Positions 36,130 to 48,846 are shown, numbered from the stretch's first letter. The stretch: DNA of 64,000 bases from Heptranchias perlo (GCF_035084215.1 NC_090335.1:47864001-47928000); one strand, 5' to 3'. Made by a program: numbers and translations. Notes: generated by a model not told the origin, from the sequence alone.

Positions 36130-38178
36130 GGGCCCGATATTAGGAGGGCGGTGGGTTCGCAGTGGGGGGTCGACTGGGCACGTGGGTAACACGCCCAGTG
36201 AAATCGGGGTGCTCCGCACGCAATCGCAGGCTAATTGCAGCCACTTACCTGTGTTTCCGGGTTTCGCGCTGGAAAGCTGCGCAGCGGGCGGACTGCGCAT
36301 GCGCAGCATTGGCTGTCAGCTGGAGGAGCCCTATTTAAAGGGGCAGTCCTCCACTGACTGATGCTGCAGGAAATAGGAAAAATTACAGCATGGAGCAGCC
36401 AGCGGAAAGGCTGCGCCCAGGTTTAATGAAGCCTCACTCCAGGTATTATTGGATGGGGTGGGGGGGGGTGGAGGACAGAGACCTTCCCCCCCCCCCCACC
36501 GGCAGGCGGGAGGGAGCGGCCTGCCTCTGCCACCAAGAAGGCCTGTCTCGAGGAGGCAGAGGAGGTCACCTGCACCACCAACATATCGTGCACCTGCATA
36601 CAGTGCAGGAGGCGCTTCAATGACCTAAGTAGGTCAGCCGAAGTGAGTACACTTACTCATTCCCCTACACTCCGTCTGCCACATCACCATCCCCACCCCA
36701 CATCTTCTGCATTGCCAACACTACTCTGTCACATCACTCCTCACACCCACTCAAAGCTCATCCTCATCTTACCTGCACTTACTCACCTCGCCAGTACTCA
36801 TCCCGCCACTACCACTCAACCCAATCCTCATATAATCTCATGGCTCTATCTCATACTCACCCTCTCATGCATCTCTTTCACGGTCAGCCTCACTCAACCT
36901 GCCATTACCTGTGCTTCAGCCACAGGGCATGCATCACATATGTGCAGTAGGAAGCGTAAGGCAAACGTGTCATAAGCATGAAGGGGATACACAAGGGTGT
37001 TTGAGGGTTTGTCATGGTTTTTACTTATATTTGATTTCTGATCAACTCACATTACATATTATATTGTCACCACTACTGCCACGTCTTTGCGAATCTTGTC
37101 TGGTTTGTGCAATAATGCCCTTTCCTGAGGCTCACTATAAAGATCCACAACTGATGCCACCCATTGTGTCACTGCAGAGTGGGTGTAGGTGTATTTGCAG
37201 GGCTCTTTTGTGCAGACGACTGAGAGACATTGGCGATGTCCCCGGTGGCACCCTGGAAGGATGCGGAGCAGAAGTTGTTGAGGGCAGTGGTGACTTTGAC
37301 CGCGACAGGTAAGAAGATGGTGCTCGGTCCAGCCAGGAGCAGCTCGGCATGAAGGAGGCTGCAGATGTCCACGACTACATGTTGAGTGACTCTAAGCCTC
37401 CATGTGCACTGCTGCTCAGAGAGGTCCAGGAAGCTGAGCCTCGGTCTGTAAACCCTGTGGCGAGGGTAGTGCCTTCTGCGACGCATCTCTCTCTGCTGTT
37501 GCCATCCCTCCTGCTGTGCAGATGGATGTGTCACAGCACTGTGTTGTGGGGCTCCACATGTCAGAGGTGGACGGCATGGGTGATGCTGTTCGTCCTCCGA
37601 GGAGGTCATGACTGCAGCTATGGCGGCCCCCATCTGGAAGCTGTACATTTGAGGGGATCCGCATGGTAGGTACATATCTCTGGACCCCGGGGTAAGTGTG
37701 CAAGTTGGTGAATTTTATTGTTAGGAGGAGGGTGGTGGAGGCCTAACTTTGTCCAAAGTGACAGAGTGGCCTCCTGCAATGAGTGAGGGTCTCTTTTCCC
37801 CCCCCCCCAACCTGTCAAATGGACCTTTGCAGCTGCCACAGGCTGAAGGCTGCAACACGTCAATTTCAACTGGGAGTGTTTCCCCCAGTACGGGAAACAG
37901 TCCCAGTTGTTTGGAAAATCCCACCCCTCCTAAAATATCATGTTAATCAGGTCTCTAAACGACCTGAAATACCTAAATGATTTCCTTAAGTGGCACCCCA
38001 CCGGCTTTAATTGCCGGCGGGAATCCCACATGCGGGGGCTGCACGCGCATGTCAGTGCGTCACTGGGGAACCCAGAAGTGGGCGGGTTGGAGCGGGCTCC
38101 AGACCCGCCCCGGGAATCCCCGATTTTCGCAGCCCCCCCGCCATGAACGCACCACTCGGGGGTGCGAAAATCGAGCCC
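36130..38178. mobile_element. Non-autonomous Harbinger H2 (same subfamily as H1, opposite orientation)
   Basis: Ends GGGCCCGATATTAGG and CGAAAATCGAGCCC, flanks CAG/GAG. Frameshifted Myb exon on +, transposase stub on -. Confidence 0.9.
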
Positions 38179-38819
38179 GAGGAATCTACACATATTTGGG
38201 TCCAGGAGAATACAGTGGGACATCCCATTGTAGGCAGCAGTGTGCTGTGTCTGGTTCAGTTTTATGCTTGGTGATCTTTTTGATGTTCTGCAGTTTCTTT
38301 TGCTATTTGGCCTGGATTTTTGAACATAGCCAGAAAATGTGTAAGGTTCTGGACCTCTCCACCATGCTCTGTAAAACATTCCAGAGTTCCCCTCGGCTCA
38401 TATTAAAAGGCAGCTATGCCATTCTGACAAGTGCTGGCTCACTTCAAATATTGGCCCGGAATTTGCAATGAGCGACGTACTTATGGCTCCCGCTGCTCGT
38501 TAGATTTAAGCTTATCCACAAACTATCCACGGGCTTCTGGACGCCAACTTGCTGCAATGGGGAGCCGAAAACAGGAACTGTCTGCCCCCTCAATCAATTA
38601 GATTGAAGCATCCTTGACAAGCCGCGCAAAGTGAGAACAGGGAAGTGAAAGCTACAACAGTAAATTCAATGTAAAATCAGTTCGAAAGAGTGAAATAAAA
38701 AGAGAGTAAGAAATTTGAATTATAAGACGGAGATAAAAGAGATAGAAAGAAAAAGTAAATAAATAAAAATGTACTTTTTTTTAAATGTCCAACAACATTT
38801 AAAAGGAATGAGACTCAAT

Positions 38820-40870
38820 GGGCTCGATTTTAGCGTCGGGTTTCCTGCGGGTTTCCAGCGGGGGGGCCCCGAAAATCCCGATATGCGGTCACGTGACCGG
38901 ATCGCGCCGCGATCCCGACCACTTCCGGGTTCCCCGATGACGTGCGGGGCTGCGTGCGTGGCCCCCGCTGGTGGGAATCCCGCAGGCAATTAAAGCCAGC
39001 GGGGTTCCACTTGAGTGTACTTACCTTGCTTGTTGAGGTCATTTAATGAGCTGAATCAGCTGTCAAAAGAGGAAGTGAGGGATTTTACCTTCACTGCAGT
39101 GTGTTTCACACACTGGGGGAAACAGTCTCTCTCCAACCAGGCGTGTTGCAGCCAGCAGCCTGTGGCAGGTGCCAAGGTGCACTCCACAAGGGAGAGCCCT
39201 CACCCACGCAGGAGGCCACCGCGTCACATAGGGCAACCCCTGCCCTCCACCACCCCCCGCCAAGCCAGAGGACAGACCGACACAAAACCGCAGCCCCAGT
39301 CCGAGGAACCACCCACCTACCCTGCACAACCCCTCAGACCAACACCTGCCAGATGGGTGGTGCGTGGACACCCTCGGAGGACGAACAGCATGACCAGCCC
39401 CAGCAGCCTCGCAGTCCACGCCGTCCGCCGCAGAGACGTGGAGCCCCCCAACACGGTGTTGTTGCACGCCCACCTGCATAGCAGGAGGGAGGGCTACCGC
39501 AGAGAGAGACGCATCGCAGAGGGCACTACCCTCGCCACAGGGTCCACAGACCGAGGCGCAACTCCCCGGACCTCTCCGAGCAGCAGTGCACACGGAGGCG
39601 CAGATTCGCTGGACATGTCGTCGTGGAGATCTGCAGCCTCTTTCATGCCGAGCTGCTCCTGGCTGGCCCCAGCACCAACTGCTTACCTGTCGCTGTCAAA
39701 GTCACCACTGCCCTCCACAACTTCTCCTCCGCATCCTTCCAGGGTGCAGCCGGGTACACCGCCGATGTCTCTCAGTCGTCTGCGCGGAAGAGCCCTGCAA
39801 ATACACCTGCACCTACTCTGCAGTAACACAATGGGTGGCATCAGTGGTGGGTCCTCATAGTGATACCCAGGAGCGGGCATTATTGCACAAAACAGACAGA
39901 CTTCGCGGAGACATGGCAGTGGTGGTGCCAATATAATGTGTGATGTTTGTTGCTCTGAAATTCAATATAGGTAACACCCATGGCAAACCCTCCGACACCC
40001 TTGTGCATCCCCTTCATGCTCACGACACATTTGCCTTACGCTGCCTACTGCACATATGTGATGCATGCCCTGTGGCTGCAGCACAGGTGGTGGCAGGTTG
40101 AGTGAGGCTGACCGTGAGGGAGATGCACGAGAGGGTGAGTATGGGATAGAGCCATGAGATTGTATGAGGATTGGGTTGCGTGGTAGTGGCAGGATGAGTA
40201 CTGGCGAGGTGAGTAGGTGGAGGTAAGATGAGGATGGGGTTTGAGTGGGTGTGAGGGGTGATGTGACAGAGTAGTGTTGGCGGTGCCGAAGGAGATGTGG
40301 GGTGGGGGCAGTGTTGTGGCAGACGGAGTGTAGGGGAAAGACTTTGTGTTCTCACTGTGGCTGACCTACTGCGGTCATTGCAGCGCCTCCTGCACTGTAT
40401 GCAGGTGGGCGATATGTTGGTGGCGCAGGTGACCCCCTCTGCCACCTCGAGCCAGGCCTTCTTGGTGGCAGAGGCAGGCCGCTTCCTCCCACTCGCCGGG
40501 TGGAAGATCTCTGTCCTCCCCCTCCTCCTCACCCCATCTGATGATACCTGTGATGAGGCATCATTAAACTGGGAGCAGCCTTCCCCCTGGGCTGCTCCAT
40601 GCTGTAATTTGTTCCATTGGTTGAAGCATCTGTCAGTAGAGGACTGCCCCTTTAACTAGAGAGCCTCCAGCTGACAGATCGTACTGCGCATGCGCAGCCC
40701 GACCGACGCGCAGACCAGCAGCGCGGACCCCGGAGGAGCAGGTAAGTGATTCCAATTTGTGCATTGCCTGCTGCGATCGCGCGGGAAACCCACTAATTTC
40801 ACCGGGCGCGGAGGCCACGCACCCGAAACACAACCCGCCGGAAACCCGCAGGCCTGCTAAAATCAGGCCC
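38820..40870. mobile_element. Non-autonomous Harbinger H3 (second subfamily)
   Basis: TIRs GGGCTCGATTTTAGC and GCTAAAATCAGGCCC, flanks AAT/CAT. Transposase stub on +, Myb on -. Confidence 0.9.
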
Positions 40871-41052
40871 CATATTTTTAAAAGTTAATCTTCAGTGCCA
40901 GAGAGATTGTTTGATAGTCATCAAGACTTACCATGCTGTTAAAAGTTAGCTTAGACCCTAAATAACTGACTGTACTTTTTTCTGTGTAGATTACTTTGTT
41001 TCCAGCTGGGCAGGAAAGCATTTTTGCTCTGGACCATTCATTCCAACTGGTG

Positions 41053-43103
41053 GGGCTCGAATTTAGCAGGCCTGTGGGTTCCCAGCGGGTGGTCCTCCGG
41101 GAGCGTCGAAAACGCGGACGGCGAAATTAGTGGGTTGCCCACGCGATCGTAGCAGGCAACCCACTAATCGGAATCAATTACCTGCTCCTCCGGGGTCCAC
41201 GGCGCTGGCCTGCGCGTCGGTCGGGCTGCGCATGCGCAGTACGATCTGTCAGCTGGAGGCTCTCTAGTTAAAGGGGCAGTCCTCCACTGACAGATGCTGC
41301 AACCAATGGGACAAATTGCAGCATGGAGCAGCCCAGGGGGAAGGCTGCTCCCAGTTTAATGATGCCTCACCCCAGGTATCATCAGATGGGGTGAGGAGGA
41401 GGGGGAGGACACAGATCTTCCCCCCGGCGGGCGGGCGGAAGCGGTCTGCCTCTGCCACCAAGAAGGCCTGGCTCGAGGTGGCAGAGGGGGTCACCTGCGC
41501 CACCAACATATGGCCCACCTGCATACAGTGCAGGAGGTGCTGCAATGACCGCAGTAGGTCAGCCGCAGTGAGAACATGAAGTCTTTCCCCTACACTCCGT
41601 CTGCCACAACACTGCCCCCACCCCACATCTCCTTCGGCACCGCCAGCACTATTCTGTCACATCACCCTTCATACCCACTCAAACCCCATCCTCATCTTAC
41701 CTCCACCTACTCACCTCGCCAGTACTCATCCTGCCACTAACACGCAACCCAATCCTCATACAATCTCATTGCTCCATCCCATACTCACCCTCCCGTGCAT
41801 CTCCCTCACGGCCAGCCTCACTCAACCTGCCACCACCTGTGCTGCAGCCACAGGGCATGCATCACATATGTGCAGTAGGCAGCGTAAGGCAAACGTCTCG
41901 TCAGCATGAAGGGGGTGCACAAGGGTGTCTGAGGGTTTGTCATGGGTGTTACCCATATTGAATTTCAGAGCAACAAACAGCACACATTATATTGACACCA
42001 CCACTGCCATGTCTCCGCGAATCCTGTCCGTTGTGTCCAATAATGCCCGCTCCTGGGTATCACTATGAGGACCCACCACTGATGCCACCCATCGTGTTAC
42101 TGCAGAGTAGGTGCAGGTGTATTTGCAGGGCTCGTCCGCGCAGACGACTGAGAGACATCGGCGGTGTAGCCGGCTGCACCCTGGAAGGATGCGGAGGAGA
42201 AGGTGTGGAGGGCAGTGGTGACTTTGCCAGCGACAGGTAAGCAGTTGGTGCTGGGGCCAGCCAGGAGCAGCTCGGCATGAAAGAGGCTGCAGATCTCCAC
42301 GACTACATGTCGAGCGAATCTGCGCCTCCCTCTGCACTGCTGCTCGGAGAGGTCCGGGGAGCTGCGCCTCGGTCTGTGGACCCTGTGGCGAGGGTAGTGC
42401 CCTCTGCGACGCGTCTCTCTCTGCGGTAGCCCTCCCTCCTGCTGTGCAGGTGGGCGTGCAACAACACCGTGTTGGGGGGATCCACGTCTCTGCGGCAGAC
42501 GGCGTGGACTGCGAGGCTGCTGGTGCTGGTCATGCTCTTCGTCCTCCGAGGGTGTCCACACACCACCCAACTGGCAGGTGTTGGTCTGAGGGGTTGTGCA
42601 GGGTAGGTGTGTGGTTCCTCGGACTGGGGCTGCGGTCTCGTGTCGGTCTATCCTCTGGCTTGGCGGGGGGTGGTGGAGGGCAGGGGTTGCCCTATGTGAC
42701 GCGGTGGCCTCCTGCGTGGGTGAGGGCTCTCCCCCGTGGAGCACACCTTGGCACCTGCCACAGGCTGCTGGCAGCAACACGCCTGGTTGGATGGAGACTG
42801 TTTCCCCCAGTGTGGGAAACTCACTGCCTTGAACCTAAAATCCCACACTTCCTCTTTTGACAGCTGCTTCAGCTCATTAACTGACCACAACGAGCAAGTT
42901 AAGTACTCTCAAGTGGAACCCCGCTGGCTTTAATTGCCTGCGGGATTCCCACCAGCGGGGCTTGCGCGCGCAGCCCCGCACGTCAGCGCGGTACCCGGAA
43001 GTGGCCGGGATTTCGTCGTGATCCGGTCACGTGACCGGAGATCGGGATTTTCGGGGCCCCCCCGCTGGAAACCCGCAGGTAACCCGACCCTAAAATCGAG
43101 CCC
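41053..43103. mobile_element. Non-autonomous Harbinger H4 (second subfamily, inverted relative to H3)
   Basis: TIRs GGGCTCGAATTTAG and CTAAAATCGAGCCC, perfect TSD GTG/GTG. Confidence 0.92.
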
Positions 43104-44689
43104 GTGATCTGTCCTTCCGTGCAGCTTCTGGAGGAGCAGGATATCTCATCGAGCAACTTCTGGATTTCTGCATTTGACTCTGCAAGTGCGCTCGTCAGAC
43201 GTTGCTCTTCCATTTTCCCTGAAATAACGGTGAGCGCTGTTCGGCTCTCCGTTATTTTTGGAGCAAATTCTGGGCATTGATAATTTCCATGGTTACCATA
43301 GGAATGTCAGGTGGCCCATTTAACAGTAAATACCCTTCTTTTGCTATTGGATTTGATCCACAATGGTTTTTTGGGCTTGGTTAGGCCAGAAAAATATTAA
43401 CAAATTGTAAATTTATTGTTGGTATAACTATTGTGCTATGACTGTTATATTAGCCATTTTCCACCTTCATATTTCCCATGCCTCAGATGGAGGTCAGTGT
43501 AAATAGGAGACCTGTGGTTCATACTGCAGACAACTGCTGGGTGTCCAGGTTTCTAAAACAACCAGAAGTGCAGAGCCCAATTATAAATTTATGAACTTGG
43601 ATGTAGAAATATTAATTAAGGTTGACCCAGGGTTCTCCCATGGCGCAATTTTTTTCAAATTCCAGCTTGCACCAAATGTTAAAATAAGATTTATGAGTTT
43701 AAAAAGAAGCAATATCAGCATTTTTCACTTTATTGACAGTGGACCGTCTGAAGCATATCCAGATTTAATCACTAACAGAGAACTGATCTTGCCAAAGACA
43801 GCAATTACAATTCTGCACTAAAATCATGATTTTAGAAAACATGTATTAATTTTCTATAATTCTGACTCACTTGTTCCCCCAACACTGTCTCTTACTGATG
43901 GGCAAGGACACTAACACTTCCACATTTGGTCGGAATATTGTATATACGGTCATGACATTCAGCCCTCCTTTCTCTGGTTGCGGTCTTGGAGATTGTGCCA
44001 ATAATTCCTGGCTTCTCAGTGTGACATATCTTTTCCTCTTTCTTGATCTTCAGCAAAAGAAAGCAAGACAATTTTATGGCGAGGGAACTATCCCAGCTAA
44101 AGGTTAATGGTGAATGCTGTATTAAACCTACTATCCCTATAGGTTTAATATAGGTCTTTCTCTCATGCTATGAATGCTGGAATAGCTCTTGTTCCCAAGT
44201 AGATTTTTGCAAGAGAAAACGCACCTGTAAATTCCAAAGCCAGATGGACGCTGAAGAAAAAAGAGAGAAAGAAAAATAGAGGGAAAAAGAGAAAAACAGA
44301 GATCCAGAGGAAAAGAACACACTAATGCTACTTTATACTGCACTGAAGGACACAGTGTTGTCTCTATTTTCACAGTAAAGCAAGTGGTTTACAATGCCTG
44401 TTCACTCACTATTAAGTTGGAGAAGGGAGTACTCCATTCATGTCAATCAAATGCATCCATAGAGTGCTTAATAACTTCCCACTGGTAATGTTATTTTAAT
44501 GAATTGAAAATAGCCAACAAGATAATCAACACTTTTGATCATTAAAATGTGAATAGTGATACAGTGAGCCATCCAAATTTGTTTTAACTTCTTAAAAACC
44601 TGTCTTTTATCAGGGCTTCACATCAGTTGCTTTTATACTACAGCCAATGTACATCCCTTCTAGCGTGATATCAGCCCATTTAGGGGTAG

Positions 44690-45625
44690 CGGCATGGATA
44701 GAAAGTTGGTTGACAAGACAGGAAAAAAAGAGCTAGGAAATATGGGTGTTGCTCAAATTGGAGAAGGAATGGAAGTGGTATACCCCAGAGGTCAGTGATG
44801 GGTCAACGTTTATTCTCAGTCCATACAGATGATTTGGACTGGGGCAGAATGAGCACAATCTCGAAATTTGGTACAAAATTAGGGGAATTAGCAAACAGCA
44901 AGGTGGATTGTAAAAAAAAAGTTCAGGAAGACATAAACGGGTTGTTGGAATGGGTAGACAGGTGACAGATGTAATTTAGTGTGGATCAGTGCTAGATAAT
45001 ACATTTTGGGAGGAAAAAAAAGGAATGTAAGTATACACTCAATGGCAAGACACTGAAGAGTGTGAATGAACTGAGAGACCCAGGGGTTCAAATATATAAT
45101 TCCCTGAAAGTGCGAGTAGAGATAGATAAAGCCATAAAAAAGGCCAACAGTATTTTGGGTTTTAAAAATAGGGACATAGAATACAGGAGTAAAGCAGTAA
45201 TAATAAATTTATACAAAGCATTGGTTAACCCGTAGTTGGAGTACTGTGTGATGTTTTGGGGACCCCAGTACAGACAGGACATTAAATCCATAGGCACTGA
45301 CAGTGTAGATTCACCAGGATGATGCCAGAGATGGGAAACTATAGTTATGAGGAGAGATTTGAGATACTGAGATAAATTTCACTGGTGCTGAGTATACTAA
45401 GAGGAGATTTGAAAGAGGTTTTTAAAATTATGAGTAGTTTTGATAGAGTGACTAGGGATTGACTATTTCCTCTGGTTAGGGTGTCATGACAAAGGATCTT
45501 CAATTTAAAATTGTCAATAACAGAGTGAGAGGAAAGGCTAGAAGAACTTTCTTTACACGGAGGGTAGTTGAATGTGGAATGCTTTGTCACAGGGAGTGAT
45601 TGAGACTGAGACCATTGCACCTTTG
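44690..45625 (+). mobile_element. Degenerate CR1 LINE fragment
   Basis: Decayed GIPQRSV, LYKALVNP*LEYCV and RGDLKEVFKI motifs. Confidence 0.75.
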
Positions 45626-46538
45626 CTGGCTTGACTGCCAAATGCCACAGAATACTAACCGCAGCTCCAATGTTAACGAATTTTGGAAAGAGGGCCTGAA
45701 GCAGGTGTTACTTGCATTTGCCTTACTTCTGTTTTAGGTGTGGACCCTGGATGCCTAAACAGGGGCCTTTACCAATATGGAGGGCAGAGCACTATGGGTA
45801 CAAAATGTGCCCGCGCACACCGCCCGCCATATTGGCCACTTAAAGTGTCCGTTTTACACCTGTAAAACATGCGCGACGCCAACGAATTACTAGGCCGATG
45901 GGCCGAATGGCATAATTCTGTGCCGTAACCTTCTGTGGTTCAGATTGGTGATTGGCTGAAAGGGTTTCTTCGTTTAGTCACCATGTGATACGACTCACTC
46001 ACTCTTCAATAACTGAAGAAAATCAGTGCGTCAAAGCAGCTACTATTAGCAGAAACAGAATAGTGAACTCAATTTAAAGAATAGTTCCGAGAGATGTGTG
46101 ATAGATGCAGCCTGCCACTTTTAACTATGTCTATGTTTTTGACATGAGGTGATGCATCAGCAGACTTGTGACTGACTCATGACTGACAGTGTTGACCGCT
46201 CTACCAGTATAAAAGGCAAGCAACCTGCTTCCAGGTTTCTGGCAGTGGGGCTCTAAAAGTGCCTACTATGAGGTGAGCAAAGAGTTTTTCTCATCCTGTT
46301 TCCATGGAGAAACCCCAGCCTTTGTTCTGCACCTTGACACAGTGGTATGACTGGGATTTGGGAACTTACTGCATATATGAGGAATTACTGGCATGAATGC
46401 ACATCCTACTCCACTCCATGGCACAGCATGTTTTAGCACCATGTTCCCTAGGTTTTATTTTTAAAAGTTTATTGCAAGAATGCACATTAATAAGCATTTC
46501 ATGGCTCTCTGCATTTTTCCTCAGTGTTTTAAGATTAA

Positions 46539-46641
46539 TTGTAAACAATTTTACAACACCAAGTTATAGTCCAACGATTTTATTTTTAATCCCACAAGCT
46601 TTCGGGGGCTTTCCCCTTCCTCAGGCGGTGTGGAAGTATTA
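46539..46641 (-). mobile_element. Solo tail-less PLE terminal fragment with a hammerhead (46592-46628)
   Basis: 11-bp duplication TTTAAGATTAA at 46528-46538 and 46642-46652. Minus strand CCGC-CTGAGGA-A-GGGG(AAAGC)CCCC-GAAAG-CTT-GTGG. Confidence 0.85.
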
Positions 46642-48716
46642 TTTAAGATTAAATAATACTTTCTGCTGGTACTATAAATGAAAAAGAGGATATATTGAAA
46701 GCTGAAGTTGATCTTCAGTAAGGTTCATCCAGCACTTCTCACTCTAATGTTAAGGCTTTTTTGTTTTAACAGTAGATTGCTTTTCAGAAATAACATTGAA
46801 ATAAAACACAAAATCAGCAAAATGCATTTTGACTGTGTGGTAAAGTCTTAATGTTATGCACCATGTATCAAAATGCACATTAATAATTAAAAAGCCGACA
46901 CCCGACCTTCAGTGTGACATTTTTATGATTACAATTGACAGTCTAAAATTATGCAATTTTTGGAAGTTGATTAAGAACATGACAAGAGCTTTTGTAAAAA
47001 ATATGTTGCTAACAGATTATACGCTCACTTAAATTGTGCAGTGTACATCCTTAAGCTGCATATACAGTGTATTGAATAACGTTTTGTCCTCACCAGAATA
47101 AATGTTTTGCCTAAAGGAAATGTGAGGTCAAAGGGTTGTTAAAGTTCTAGAGGCCTTCGTGCTGTTCGATTCATTTCTGTGAAAGCCATTTGTTTGGATG
47201 TATTGTCTTCCTGAAAGCATTAAGCACTCATAGCAGAACCCATTCCCATGGTGTCTCAGTGTTGTGAAGGTGTCCATGACAACTTCTCACCTCAAATTTG
47301 TGTTGGCTATTTTATCAACACTGTTTGAATACACAATGTAATCGTGTAGAACCGAGGTACAATTTACTCAACAAACTCCAAAATATTGGATTTGTCTAAG
47401 TGTTTACTGATAAGTTCATAAAATATCAATAGAAATTGGCAAGCATTAAGCAGAATGATTAATTGTGTAAAGTGGGGACATTTTGATGTATGATAGAATA
47501 ATCATAAATAAGACATTACAATATGTTTCGTTTTCCCATTTTAATTTATTATTTTTAAAGTGGTTGTCTTTGCTCGGATCAAAGGCCTGTTCATTGTGGC
47601 AACCTTTGTCCTGCATGATTCTTACAGTATTTACAAGTATAGCATTGAAGGACTTCTGTACTATGATTCACATTATGCCGCACCTTCTAATATTCTTTTA
47701 TATACAATACCAGGATCTCTGCTATATCGCACTATTTTTATGACTTATTCATTAATAGAAAAGTCACTCTCTATTGTACTCCTCATAATGTGCTTTTACA
47801 TTGGACCTTGCTCAGCTTGGATCTTGCATGAGTGCCAGGTCCCTACGTTTATATTATCCCAACAGCAAAATTGTAGATCCGCTTTTTTGAGTTTAGAATA
47901 AGGGAGCTGGTTTTAGTAGTACAAACGGGGTGAAGAGGGGATAACAGGCACATGAGTGCCACTCTCCCACAATCCTACCCAAATACCCTTATGTAAAGGC
48001 ACCTTCACTGTTATGTAGTACGGCTCCAATAAACATTTCACAATAGTCAAGTATGTTGATAGCATTTAAAAAAAACTTGGCTCTGAATTTCCTTGGGCAG
48101 AAACCCGTTTACGCGTGTAAACAGGATTTACGCTTTATCAGTTATTTTTTCCAAATTCTCCAGTGTTCACCTTGAACTGGCTTTTAGGAGGAGTGTGAGA
48201 GTGATGTGGGTTGACTTGCTCATTAACAGTCTCCTCTCTTCCTCTGAGTAAGGGCCTCGCCTCTACTTGTTGTGACCCTCCTGATAACGAGGTCTGAAGC
48301 CACATCCGAGTAATTCATGATGCATCATGTTAGTGCAGCAGGGTGATGCACCACTTGTACACCTCTATCATGATGCAGCATGCTGTGTCATCTCTATCCC
48401 AGTGATGAATTTTGCTCCAGGCATTGCTAAGTTGTTCTAATTTATTAGGATCTGGTGAGGAAAGTAATAATTACATTTTGTTTAATGATAATGAATTGAG
48501 ATCTGTATAGCATATATTATAGTGAGCGAAGACATTTTTACAACTCATAGATCTGCAGTGGCATTGCTCATGGCCTGTTAAGCCCTGACAACAATTTATT
48601 TTCTCCTTTTTTCTCTCTCTCTTTTGGCTCAGCAGTTTTGTCTTTCTCAGAAGTTTGTGATTCAAGCCCCACACTTTAATGCAGTACTCAGGGAATGCTG
48701 CATTGTCAGAGATGCA

Positions 48717-48846
48717 GAGATCATTTGAACCTAACCCGCCTGGCGGGAAACTGACCGGTTAAGATCGGCCACTTATTTTACACCCCGCCCAATTTTATAC
48801 GATCCCATCACTTTCCCGCCGGGTGGGTTAGGTTAAAATGAGCCCC
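48717..48846. mobile_element. ~130-bp MITE with ~34-bp imperfect TIRs, inside a DeuSINE
   Basis: TCATTTGAACCTAACCCGCCTGGCGGGAAA ... TTTCCCGCCGGGTGGGTTAGGTTAAAATGAGCCCC. Confidence 0.7.

Larger units (their letters stand above)
38453..43275. mobile_element. Older Harbinger-type MITE (~700 bp when empty) hosting H3 and H4
   Basis: Termini GGCCCGGAATTTGC and GCAAATTCTGGGC, flanked by ATT/ATT. Confidence 0.55.

Noticed and set aside
47483-47901. AT-rich ORFs of 86 and 113 aa
   Set aside because: No domain signature or convincing splice context; likely chance ORFs.
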